Shown here in pieces: positions 9,675 to 18,215 of a DNA stretch of 54,698 nucleotides. Origin of the DNA: Bacteroidales bacterium UBA1797. GTDB lineage: Bacteria > Bacteroidota > Bacteroidia > Bacteroidales > VadinHA17. Location of the stretch: contig DCFT01000087.1 of the NCBI GenBank assembly GCA_002319885.1, forward strand, positions 781 to 55,478, in the 5' to 3' direction. The notes beneath the pieces are model-generated. The model was not told the DNA's origin. It was given only the letters and a program-made list of their open reading frames with translations, and made no database searches. The first letter of the stretch is position 1; each line of letters begins with the position of its first letter. The position numbers were made by a program, and so were the translations under genes.

Positions 9675-10502
9675 ATGGACATTACTGGCACAATAGAATC
9701 TGCAGAAATACAGTATAAACAGATCCTGGAGGATTTTTTCATTTCCCGCTATAATGAAAAATCTCTTCCTTCGCATGGTATTAAACATCATAGAAGAGTT
9801 TGGAACTATTCAAAAGAGTTACTTAAACTTCTTCCATTAAACGATTCCTTTCAGATCTCAGAACTCACTTCCAACCTTATAATTGCAAGCTATCTGCATG
9901 ATATAGGAATGTCTGTTGATTCGGGCACAAAACATGGAATTTATGGAAGAAAACTGTGTATTGAGTTTTTATCCAAAAATAACCTTCCTGAAAACAACTT
10001 CAGGAATGCTCTGTATGCCATTGAATACCATGATGATAAAAATTACAATAACGATATTTTCAGGAATGATCTGCTAAGAATTCTATCAGTTTCAGACGAT
10101 CTTGATGCATTTGGATATATTGGAATATTCAGATACTCAGAAATTTATCTGACAAGGTCAGTTAGTCCTGAAAAGTTAGGTTCCCTTATTCTTGATAATG
10201 TTGAAAAAAGGTTCGTCAATTTTGAAAAAACTCTTGGTTCAGAAACTTCAATGGTTCAAAAACACATAAAGAGATATAAGATAATTCATAATTTTTTCAA
10301 AAAATATGATGAACAACTTCCCTCCTATCATTTTGGGACATTAAATCCTTACAGTTATTGCGGAGTAATTGAAATTATTCAATTAATTATGATTAATGGG
10401 CTGCAATTAGAGAACTTCCTGACAGAATCTGACAAATATTCAGATGATCCGATGATTCTTTCATACTTTGCAGAATTAAAGAAAGAATTATCAGACTATT
10501 AA
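9675..10502 (+). CDS. HD-domain metal-dependent phosphohydrolase-like protein
   Basis: SHGIKHHRRV...YLHDIG...YHD...SDDLD pattern (H..HD..D). Confidence 0.75.
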   Translation: MDITGTIESAEIQYKQILEDFFISRYNEKSLPSHGIKHHRRVWNYSKELLKLLPLNDSFQISELTSNLIIASYLHDIGMSVDSGTKHGIYGRKLCIEFLSKNNLPENNFRNALYAIEYHDDKNYNNDIFRNDLLRILSVSDDLDAFGYIGIFRYSEIYLTRSVSPEKLGSLILDNVEKRFVNFEKTLGSETSMVQKHIKRYKIIHNFFKKYDEQLPSYHFGTLNPYSYCGVIEIIQLIMINGLQLENFLTESDKYSDDPMILSYFAELKKELSDY

Positions 10503-10522
10503 AGTCCGATAAACACAAATGA

Positions 10523-10639
10523 TTTTGCCCCCTTCCCCTAAAGGGGTTAACTTGCTAAATGTAAACAAATTAATTCCCTTCAGAGGGATGGTTGCAAAGC
10601 GGCCAGGGGGTGCGTCTGCTTTGCGTACTTTGTGGTTAA
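10523..10639. repeat. Intergenic palindromic composite repeat (CCCCTAAAGGGG family), copy 1
   Basis: Aligns by eye with the reverse complement of 14551-14666. Shared blocks include CCCTTCCCCTAAAGGGG, AATTAAT-CCCTTCAG-GGATGG and AAGCGGCCAGG. Confidence 0.75.
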
Positions 10640-10675
10640 ATAAAAGAGTAGTAAAACCAATAAACTAATATTATT

Positions 10676-12142
10676 ATGAGTCTGCCGAAATCAAAAATAC
10701 CAACCCCCTTTAATCCTGAGAATTTCCGAAAAGAGGGACATATTCTTGTAGATACTTTGTCGGATTATCTTGAGAAAGCGTTAACCGGAAAAGAAATGCC
10801 TGTATTACCCTGGAATGATCCGGATCGCCTTACAGAATATTTTTCATTTGATTCTGCAGGTGGGGAAAAAGAGCCGTTGGATAGTTTTATTAAAAGGATA
10901 ATTGATAATTCTATTCACATTCATCATCCTCATTATATTGGTCACCAGGTCACATCTCCTCTTCCCGTTACCGCACTGGTTCAGTTTTGTACAACTCTTC
11001 TTAACAATGGAGCAGCTATATATGAGATGGGACCGGTAAATATGGCTATGGAAAAAAATGTGATCAATGAGTTTGGATCACTAATAGGATATCAGACCGG
11101 ATTCGACGGTATATTTACACATGGTGGAACAGCTGGAAATCTTACCGGGATGCTGGCAGCAAGACAGGTAAAAACAGATTATAATATATGGGAAGATGGT
11201 GTGAGGGAAAAGGACAAACCAGGTTATCTAATATCAGAACAGGCACATTACAGTGTAGGCAGGAATGTTAAAATTATGGGACTTGGCGATGATTCCATAA
11301 TTAAAGTTCCTGTTGACAAACATTTCAGGATGAGGACGGACTTACTGGAAGAAATAAAGCGCAATGCGGAAAAAAATGGAATAAGGATTATTTCAGTTGT
11401 TGCCAGTTCTTGTTCCACAGCAACAGGGTCATATGATAACCTGGAGGCTGTTGCCGATTTCAGTGAAAAACATGGATTATGGATGCATGTTGACGGGGCA
11501 CATGGCATGGGAGTCCTTTTTTCAGAAAAATACCGCGACCGCGTTAATGGCATAGAAAGAGCGGATTCAGTGGTGATCGATTTCCATAAGATGCTGCTTG
11601 TCCCTGCTCTTAATACGCTTGTTATGTTCAGAAACGGCGAAAGATCATTTGAAACATTTGCACAAAAAGCATCATACCTTTTTCAAAAATCTCAGCAAAA
11701 TGTCTGGTATAACAGCGCATCACGAACTATTGAATGCACAAAGAGTGCATTGGGAATCATTGCCTATTCGGCTTTGAAATATTACGGGAACGACTATTAC
11801 CGCCACTACATCGAAAGCAGGTATGATTTGGCAAGCAGTTTCGCTGTGATGGTAAGATCCGACAAACAACTCCAGCTTGCACTGGAACCTGAAAGTAATA
11901 TAACATGTTTCCGGTTCACGGCTGAAGGGTATAATGATCAGGTTCTCAATCAGATTAACCATGAAATTAGGGACAGAATAATAAAAGAAGGTTCATTCTA
12001 TATTGTACAGGCAGAACTGGAAGGAAAAACCTGGCTGAGGCTTACAATAATCAATCCGGTAACATCGGTTAACGATCTTAAAGAACTTCTGCTACGAATA
12101 AAAGAAATCGGGACACAGCTTGTCTTAAAAAGAGAACTTTAA
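10676..12142 (+). CDS. Group II PLP-dependent amino-acid decarboxylase (diaminobutyrate/aromatic decarboxylase-like)
   Basis: HHPHYIGHQ, GGTAGN, AHYSV, WMHVDGAHG and DFHK (PLP lysine). Confidence 0.88.
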   Translation: MSLPKSKIPTPFNPENFRKEGHILVDTLSDYLEKALTGKEMPVLPWNDPDRLTEYFSFDSAGGEKEPLDSFIKRIIDNSIHIHHPHYIGHQVTSPLPVTALVQFCTTLLNNGAAIYEMGPVNMAMEKNVINEFGSLIGYQTGFDGIFTHGGTAGNLTGMLAARQVKTDYNIWEDGVREKDKPGYLISEQAHYSVGRNVKIMGLGDDSIIKVPVDKHFRMRTDLLEEIKRNAEKNGIRIISVVASSCSTATGSYDNLEAVADFSEKHGLWMHVDGAHGMGVLFSEKYRDRVNGIERADSVVIDFHKMLLVPALNTLVMFRNGERSFETFAQKASYLFQKSQQNVWYNSASRTIECTKSALGIIAYSALKYYGNDYYRHYIESRYDLASSFAVMVRSDKQLQLALEPESNITCFRFTAEGYNDQVLNQINHEIRDRIIKEGSFYIVQAELEGKTWLRLTIINPVTSVNDLKELLLRIKEIGTQLVLKREL

Positions 12143-12302
12143 TTTAAATTTTACTTTTTCAATCGTTCTGTTATAAGAATAACACTAAAAGAGGAATTAT
12201 CCTCCTAAAAATTGCTGTCATTTTTTTCGTCTGAACAGAGTTTGTATTCTATGATTGCTGATTGCCATTAATAATGGGCACTTCAAAAAAATCCGCAAAG
12301 CG

Positions 12303-12340
12303 CTGAAACCATATTGCTCTGGCTGGTATTCAGTTTTTTT
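12303..12340 (+). terminator. Possible intrinsic terminator between the decarboxylase and the cys operon
   Basis: CTGAA-ACCA...TGGT-A-TTCAG stem with one bulge, followed by a T tract. Confidence 0.4.
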
Positions 12341-12456
12341 AACTTATCTAAGCTTTGTAACTTACTGTAAATGGGACTATTTGCATATAGACATATATGT
12401 ATAAATACTAATACGTTTAGCGCATTATTGCCACTCGCCGCTAAGGTTACCTGTCT

Positions 12457-12464
12457 TACATTTG
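12457..12464 (+). promoter_or_regulatory. Candidate -7 promoter element for DUF2061-cysHDN
   Basis: TACATTTG matches TAnnTTTG, 22 nt before the ATG at 12487. Confidence 0.45.
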
Positions 12465-12486
12465 AAGTAAACAGAAATGCAAATTT

Positions 12487-12825
12487 ATGTTAGATGTACT
12501 TTTAAAACAACCTGAAGATAAATCGAATACTGACAGGGTCCTTAAAGTCAGTGACAGGGCTGATAAACCTATCAAAAGTCTGATGAAGTCAGTTTCCTGG
12601 CGAATTGTAGGCACAATCGATACTATGATTATCAGCTATTTCATTACCGGAAGAGTAACACTTGCTATATCAATTGGCAGTGTTGAGGTAATTACAAAGA
12701 CTTTTCTTTATTATTTCCATGAAAGGCTATGGGCTCATATTCATAAGATTAAACTTAACCTGCAACTCAAACCTGATGAGAGAAAATATGAAGTTAAAAA
12801 AGCTCAGAGATCAACTGGCTGGTAA
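12487..12825 (+). CDS. DUF2061-family membrane protein
   Basis: KSLMKSVSWRIVGTIDT...EVITK..LYYFHERLW motif; this family is commonly found next to cysH in Bacteroidota. Confidence 0.85.
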   Translation: MLDVLLKQPEDKSNTDRVLKVSDRADKPIKSLMKSVSWRIVGTIDTMIISYFITGRVTLAISIGSVEVITKTFLYYFHERLWAHIHKIKLNLQLKPDERKYEVKKAQRSTGW

Positions 12826-13483
12826 GACAATTGAAGATAGATTGACTCTGCTTGTTTCGCAATTTCCCGGCCAGTTAATATTTACTACAAGCCTTGGAAT
12901 TGAAGATCAGGCAATTACTCATATAATATTCCGTAACAATCTTGATATTAAAGTAATTACGCTCGATACGGGAAGGTTATTTCCCCAGACATATGATGTC
13001 CTGTCAAACACAATTATTAGATACAATAAAATAATTGACGTTTATTTCCCTGAATATAAGGCCGTTGAAAGAATGGTAACAGAAAAAGGTCCATTCAGTT
13101 TTTATAAATCAATTGACAACAGGAAAGAATGCTGCAGGATCAGGAAAGTTGATCCTCTAAACAGGGCACTCGCAGGAATGAAATGCTGGATATCGGGTAT
13201 CAGAGCCGATCAGTCTCAGGACCGTAATCAAATGGACTGGCTTGAATTTGATGAGAACAATAATCTTCTTAAATTCTATCCCCTGTTTACATGGTCATTC
13301 GATGAAGTAATGAAGTTCATAAAAGAAAATAATGTTCCTTATAATTCACTGCACGACAAAGGATATGTGAGTATCGGATGCGAACCTTGTACAAAAGCCG
13401 TAAAACCAGGAGAGGATTTCAGAGCCGGCAGATGGTGGTGGGAGAACGACGGATCAAAGGAATGCGGTTTACATGTAAAATGA
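12776..13483 (+). CDS. cysH: Adenylylsulfate/phosphoadenylylsulfate reductase, [4Fe-4S] APS-type (start 12776 or 12788)
   Basis: LDTGRLF, ECCRIRKV, SIGCEPCT, RAGRWWWE and C-terminal ECGLH. The CC plus CxxC pattern indicates the Fe-S APS reductase type. Confidence 0.93.
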   Translation: MRENMKLKKLRDQLAGKTIEDRLTLLVSQFPGQLIFTTSLGIEDQAITHIIFRNNLDIKVITLDTGRLFPQTYDVLSNTIIRYNKIIDVYFPEYKAVERMVTEKGPFSFYKSIDNRKECCRIRKVDPLNRALAGMKCWISGIRADQSQDRNQMDWLEFDENNNLLKFYPLFTWSFDEVMKFIKENNVPYNSLHDKGYVSIGCEPCTKAVKPGEDFRAGRWWWENDGSKECGLHVK

Positions 13484-13515
13484 AAAACAAATGCTAAACG
13501 AGAGAAGTTATAAAA

Positions 13516-13571
13516 GTTACTTGTTACTGGTTGCAGGTTACTGGTTACTGGTTACTTGTTACTTGTTACTG
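13516..13571. repeat. Heptamer tandem repeat, 8 units of GTTACT(G/T)
   Basis: gttactt gttactg gttgcag gttactg gttactg gttactt gttactt gttactg, followed by degenerate inverted units. Confidence 0.85.
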
Positions 13572-13630
13572 ACCAGACTGGCAACTATCAAATGGCAATA
13601 AGCTACTAGTAAAAATTAAACAAAATTGAA

Positions 13631-14536
13631 ATGATTAACATTAACAACGAACATCTTAAAGATCTTGAAGCGGAAGCAATATTTGTAATGAGAGAAGTTG
13701 CTGCCCAGTTTGAAAACAAAGTTATATTGTTTTCAGGCGGAAAAGATTCAATAGTACTGGTACACCTTGCCAGAAAAGCATTCTGGCCTGCAAGAATACC
13801 ATTTAGTCTTTTGCATATCGATACCGGCCATAATTTTGAAGAAACTTTAAAATTTCGTGATAATCTCGCAAAAGAATTCAGTGCTGAACTTATTGTGCGT
13901 TGTGTACAGGATTCAATAGATACTGGAAGAGTGGTCGAAGAAAGAGGATTTAATGCCAGTCGTAACAAAGCCCAGTCAATAACTCTTCTCGATGCCATGG
14001 AAGAACTTAAAATCGACGTAGCAATTGGTGGAGGGCGACGTGATGAGGAAAAAGCCCGCGCAAAAGAAAGATTTTTTTCGCATAGAAATGAATTCGGCCA
14101 GTGGGATCCTAAAAACCAGCGTCCCGAATTATGGAATATCTTTAATGGCCGGAAACACAATGGAGAACATTTCAGGGTATTCCCAATAAGCAACTGGACT
14201 GAACTTGATGTATGGCAATATATTCTTAATGAGAACATTAAGCTCCCTGGTCTATACTATACCCATCGCCGTAAGGTCTTCAGCCGTAACGGAGTCTATC
14301 TTGCATGGGCCCCATTTATGCAATTGAAACCTAATGAGAAAGTTTTTGAGACTGATGTGCGTTGCAGAACAATCGGAGATATCACCTGTACCGGGGTCAC
14401 GCTTTCGAAGGCAAAATCACTCGAAGCAATAATATCCGAGATAGCAGCTACCAGAGTCACCGAAAGAGGCGGACGTTATGATGATAAACGATCCGAAGCT
14501 GCAATGGAGGACCGTAAAAAAGAAGGGTACTTCTAG
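13631..14536 (+). CDS. cysD: Sulfate adenylyltransferase subunit 2
   Basis: LFSGGKDS PP-loop, GGGRRDEEKARAKER, QRPELW, RVFPISNWTE, RKKEGYF. Confidence 0.97.
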   Translation: MININNEHLKDLEAEAIFVMREVAAQFENKVILFSGGKDSIVLVHLARKAFWPARIPFSLLHIDTGHNFEETLKFRDNLAKEFSAELIVRCVQDSIDTGRVVEERGFNASRNKAQSITLLDAMEELKIDVAIGGGRRDEEKARAKERFFSHRNEFGQWDPKNQRPELWNIFNGRKHNGEHFRVFPISNWTELDVWQYILNENIKLPGLYYTHRRKVFSRNGVYLAWAPFMQLKPNEKVFETDVRCRTIGDITCTGVTLSKAKSLEAIISEIAATRVTERGGRYDDKRSEAAMEDRKKEGYF

Positions 14537-14550
14537 AAAATTAGATTATA

Positions 14551-14666
14551 TAACCACTAAGATCACTAAGGAGCCGCGCTTCCTGGCCGCTTAGCGGCCA
14601 TCCACCTGAAGGGGGATTAATTCTGACACATTAAGCAAATTAACCCCCCTTTAGGGGAAGGGCAAA
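14551..14666. repeat. Intergenic palindromic composite repeat (CCCCTAAAGGGG family), copy 2, inverted relative to copy 1
   Basis: Reverse complement matches 10523-10639; lies between cysD and cysN. Confidence 0.75.
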
Positions 14667-14702
14667 CTCATTTGAGTGCTTTGCGGTTTTAAAAGATATA
14701 AT

Positions 14703-15971
14703 ATGAAAATAAACGGGAAAAGTGAAAACAAGAGTCTTCTCAGATTCACAACAGCAGGAAGTGTGGATGATGGAAAATCAACTTTAATTGGAAGGTTGCT
14801 TTTTGACAGCAAATCAATATTTGAGGACCAGATGGAGCATATTGTCCAATCGGGTAAACGGCTTGGAAGGGAGGAACTCGATCTTTCTTTGCTGACTGAC
14901 GGTTTGAGAGCTGAACGTGAGCAGGGTATAACAATTGATGTTGCTTACAGGTATTTTGCAACACCGGCCAGAAAATTTATTATCGCTGATACTCCAGGAC
15001 ATATTCAGTACACCCGGAACATGGTCACAGGTGCAAGCACCGCTGATCTTGCTGTTATCCTGATTGATGCACGAAAGGGAGTACTTGAGCAAACTATCAG
15101 GCACTCATTTATCGCATCACTTCTTGATATTCGTCATATAATATTCTGTATCAATAAAATGGATATGGTGAACTGGTCGGAGCAGGTATTCAGTAATATA
15201 AAAGATGAGCTGGGATTACTTTCTGATAAACTTAATATCATCGATACTCATTATATTCCAATTAGCGCAAAATATGGTGATAATGTTGTTGATAAGTCGG
15301 AAAATATGAGATGGTATACAGGCAAGACATTTCTTAACCTGATAGAAACAATAGAGATAAGAAAAAATAAAAATCCTGATAATAAGCGCTTTCCTGTGCA
15401 AACAATTATACGTCCTCATACTCAGGAGTTCCATGATTACAGAGGCTATGCCGGACGTGTTGCAGGCGGGGTTTTCAGGCCGGGAGATGAGGTAACGGTC
15501 CTACCCTCAATGCGAAAATCTAAAATAAAGAGTATTGATGTTTTAGGCAAAACCCTTTCAGAAACTATTACCGGCGATTCAGTATCTATATCCCTCAATG
15601 ATGATATCGATATCAGTCGTGGCGACATGATGGTCTCAACTGATGACCTGCCTGTTATAAGTCAGGATATCAACCTCATGATTTGCTGGTTCAACGAAAA
15701 TCCAATGAAAATTGGAGGCAGATATCTGGTGAAGCTGAACAGTAATGAAGCCGGGTGTATTATGAAAGCTGTTAATTACAGACTTAATATCAATACCCTC
15801 GAACATGATACTGAAAACAGATCGGTTAATATGAACGATATAGCTAATATTTCAATAAAAACATCAAAGCCTGTTTTCTTTGACAGCTATAAAAAAAACA
15901 ATATTACAGGAAGTATGATCTTTATCGATGAAGGAACTAATGAAACCGTTGCTGCCGGAATGATCATTTAA
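14703..15971 (+). CDS. cysN: Sulfate adenylyltransferase subunit 1 (GTPase), no fused CysC
   Basis: GSVDDGKST, EREQGITIDVAY, DTPGH, NKMD and NETVAAGMI end. ATG at 14703 is preferred over the GTG at 14676. Confidence 0.96.
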   Translation: MKINGKSENKSLLRFTTAGSVDDGKSTLIGRLLFDSKSIFEDQMEHIVQSGKRLGREELDLSLLTDGLRAEREQGITIDVAYRYFATPARKFIIADTPGHIQYTRNMVTGASTADLAVILIDARKGVLEQTIRHSFIASLLDIRHIIFCINKMDMVNWSEQVFSNIKDELGLLSDKLNIIDTHYIPISAKYGDNVVDKSENMRWYTGKTFLNLIETIEIRKNKNPDNKRFPVQTIIRPHTQEFHDYRGYAGRVAGGVFRPGDEVTVLPSMRKSKIKSIDVLGKTLSETITGDSVSISLNDDIDISRGDMMVSTDDLPVISQDINLMICWFNENPMKIGGRYLVKLNSNEAGCIMKAVNYRLNINTLEHDTENRSVNMNDIANISIKTSKPVFFDSYKKNNITGSMIFIDEGTNETVAAGMII

Positions 15972-15992
15972 AATATCCTCTGTGATCCTATT

Positions 15993-16145
15993 GGGGTTTT
16001 GAAATTGTCAAAATTATATTTTTCATTTCACTGTGTTACCTGGTGTTGTACTTAATGATCCTTTTTGTCTCAATGATTTAAATTTTACCACAAAAAATCT
16101 CAAAAGTTCACTCTTAGGTACACAAAGAACTTTTGTACCAGCTCC
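15993..16145. mobile_element. Degenerate MITE-like element (GGGGCTGTTGAAAAA-type ends, CACAAAG internal repeats), copy A
   Basis: Collinear with 30538-30691 in the same orientation (ACCACAAAAAATCTCAAAAG versus ACCACAAAGAAACTCAAAGG; AGGTACACAAAGAACTTTT versus AGGTTCACAATAGACTTTT). Ends are degenerate. Confidence 0.5.
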
Positions 16146-16289
16146 GGAATTACACAGATAACCTGGATTTCATAAAGTAGGTTAACCAATCCGATATTCC
16201 TAAACTTGTAAAACATAGTATTTATCATTTCTTTATAATATAAAAAAGCATAGTTTCGACGGCACATGTTTAAGCAAACTTAAAAATAT

Positions 16290-16970
16290 ATGACTTCCGG
16301 TATTACAAAGAAAAAAGAAACATTGTTTTTTGCACCAGGATGTGCTTTAATGATTTATAAACCCGGTCTGGTAAAAAAAATTCATCACCTTCTGAATGAA
16401 AAATTAGGGAAGATGGATATACTTACCACTTGCTGCCAACATAACCCCCATCTGCCTCCCGATTCAAAAGTAATAAACGTTTGTCCTGGCTGTGATAAGC
16501 GTTTCGAAAAAAATTACGTGGGGGTTTCTACAATTTCTTTATGGGAAGTAATAAACGATAATGACTTTTTTGTATATCCTGATTATAAAAAAAAGAGAAT
16601 GTCAATAATAGATGCTTGTCCTACCCGTGAAAAAGACAGCGTACAGAACGCGTTAAGGGACCTGTTGTTAAAAATGAATATCAGACTGGTTGAACCCAAA
16701 AATACAAAACGGGAAAGTACTTGTTGCGGGGATCTTTACTATGGAGCATTGCCTACCGCGAAAGTGAAGGATCTTATGATAGAAAAATCATCGGAAATGC
16801 CAGTTTTTGATATTGTTGTACACTGTGTTTCCTGCATAATCGCAGTTTTTAATGGCCATAAAAATCCAAAGTATATGGCTGACCTGCTATTTAAAGAAGA
16901 AACTGTAGTTAAAACCTTTGATCTCGATGAATGGCATGAGAAATTGACTGATTTCATTGACAAACACTAA
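16290..16970 (+). CDS. Cys-rich (Fe-S)-binding protein, CCG-domain-like
   Basis: Two repeats of a C...CC...CxxC pattern: APGC/TCCQ/CPGC and DACP/TCCG/CVSC. Confidence 0.7.
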   Translation: MTSGITKKKETLFFAPGCALMIYKPGLVKKIHHLLNEKLGKMDILTTCCQHNPHLPPDSKVINVCPGCDKRFEKNYVGVSTISLWEVINDNDFFVYPDYKKKRMSIIDACPTREKDSVQNALRDLLLKMNIRLVEPKNTKRESTCCGDLYYGALPTAKVKDLMIEKSSEMPVFDIVVHCVSCIIAVFNGHKNPKYMADLLFKEETVVKTFDLDEWHEKLTDFIDKH

Positions 16971-17043
16971 AAGACCGGTAAGGTTTCTAAATAAATAATG
17001 CAACTTTGTAAAACAATTTAAAGGTAAATCTGTTTTACATCAG

Positions 17044-17463
17044 ATGAAAAAGATTATTTCCATTTCTCTCACTTTCCTGATTCTGGCAGCATTGATACAT
17101 TTTTCTGTCGGGATTCATTATTGTGGAGGAACGTTTTCCGCTGAAAAGATTTCTCTTTCAGGTAAACTGGCTTCCTGCGGCATGGAGAGTGACGATAATG
17201 TTCTGCCTCTGCCAGGTACAAACTTTACCACACACTGTTGTGATAATTTATTAGTCTATTTTGGAATTAACGGTAGCTATTTTCCTTCATTTTCAGATAT
17301 TCCTGAATTATTTCTAAAACAATTTGAGATTTTTAATAGCCCTGCCGGTTTTACACTTTTAGCTCCGGTATCTTTAAATTCTATCTATACAGGTATTGGA
17401 CCACCGGAAACCTCAGTATCCAGCAGCGTGGATCTCTCCAATATTTGTGTTCTCCGGATCTGA
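17044..17463 (+). CDS. HYC_CC_PP-family protein (exported; candidate leader of the metal cluster)
   Basis: Hydrophobic N-terminus, then HYCGG, SCGM, HCCD, a late GPP, and a C-terminal CVLRI. Confidence 0.82.
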   Translation: MKKIISISLTFLILAALIHFSVGIHYCGGTFSAEKISLSGKLASCGMESDDNVLPLPGTNFTTHCCDNLLVYFGINGSYFPSFSDIPELFLKQFEIFNSPAGFTLLAPVSLNSIYTGIGPPETSVSSSVDLSNICVLRI

Positions 17464-17578
17464 TCAATTCCATACTCTTTTGTGTTGCAAAATGGGTTGT
17501 ATTACCTGTTTGTAATGGTGTGTTTATTAACACTATTACAACATTTTAAACTATTACGACTGCAACAATTTCTTGATC
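17462..17578 (+). promoter_or_regulatory. Long nested hairpin between HYC_CC_PP and HMA genes
   Basis: Nested pairings 17462-67/17573-78, 17483-89/17561-67, 17496-501/17555-60 and 17510-21/17530-41. Confidence 0.55.
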
Positions 17579-17604
17579 TTCTATTAAACTAAAAATTTAT
17601 AATA

Positions 17605-17964
17605 ATGAAAAAAATAAAAATATTTTTTGCAATTGCACTTTTAACTGCATTTGGAGTAACTACTTCAGCTCAGACAGTATCCACATCCTCTATGCAGACA
17701 AAGACAGCGACATTCAAAGTATGGGGAAAATGCGATATGTGCAAAGCACGTATTGAAAAGGCTGTCAGGTCAGATGGAGCAACAAGCGCCGACTGGAATG
17801 TAAAAACAAAAATGCTTGCTGTAACATACGATCCGGCTAAGACTAGTGTTGATGCACTTGAAAAGAAACTTGCATCAGTTGGTCACGATACGGAAAAGTA
17901 CAGAGCGCCTGATGATGTTTATGCCAATCTTCCGGGCTGCTGCCATTATGAAAGAGCTAAATAA
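17605..17964 (+). CDS. Exported heavy-metal-associated (HMA) domain protein, copper chaperone-like
   Basis: Signal peptide, GKCDMCKARIE (CxxC) and C-terminal YANLPGCCHY. Confidence 0.88.
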   Translation: MKKIKIFFAIALLTAFGVTTSAQTVSTSSMQTKTATFKVWGKCDMCKARIEKAVRSDGATSADWNVKTKMLAVTYDPAKTSVDALEKKLASVGHDTEKYRAPDDVYANLPGCCHYERAK

Positions 17965-18032
17965 TTTAAAGATAATCTGAAATATGCTCACTCTCCTACT
18001 AAAGCGTGAACTGAAGTATTTAAGAAGTCATT

Positions 18033-18166
18033 TTAACCACAGAGCACACAAAGAAGTCACAAAGTGCACTAAGGTAAATCCTCTATTCCATTCCGATAGC
18101 TCCCGATAGCTATCGGGACGGAACTTTGTGCCCTTTGAATTAATTCTTTGAGCTCTTTGTGGTTAA
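18033..18166. repeat. CACAAAG-type inverted repeat element with central TCCCGATAGCTATCGGGA palindrome
   Basis: TTAACCACAGAGCACACAAAG...CTTTGAGCTCTTTGTGGTTAA arms; perfect 18-bp palindrome at 18101-18118. Confidence 0.75.
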
Positions 18167-18215
18167 TGAATTTCGACTTTTTAAGCAGGCATGAATAGGC
18201 AAAAAGAAATTAATT

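Noticed and set aside
12719-12825. Programmed frameshift or fusion between DUF2061 and cysH
   Set aside because: The overlap is explained by a cysH start at 12776 or 12788. No slippery site is evident and both proteins look complete.
13606-14238. 210-aa minus-strand ORF
   Set aside because: Almost entirely antisense to the highly conserved cysD; a shadow ORF with no recognisable motifs.
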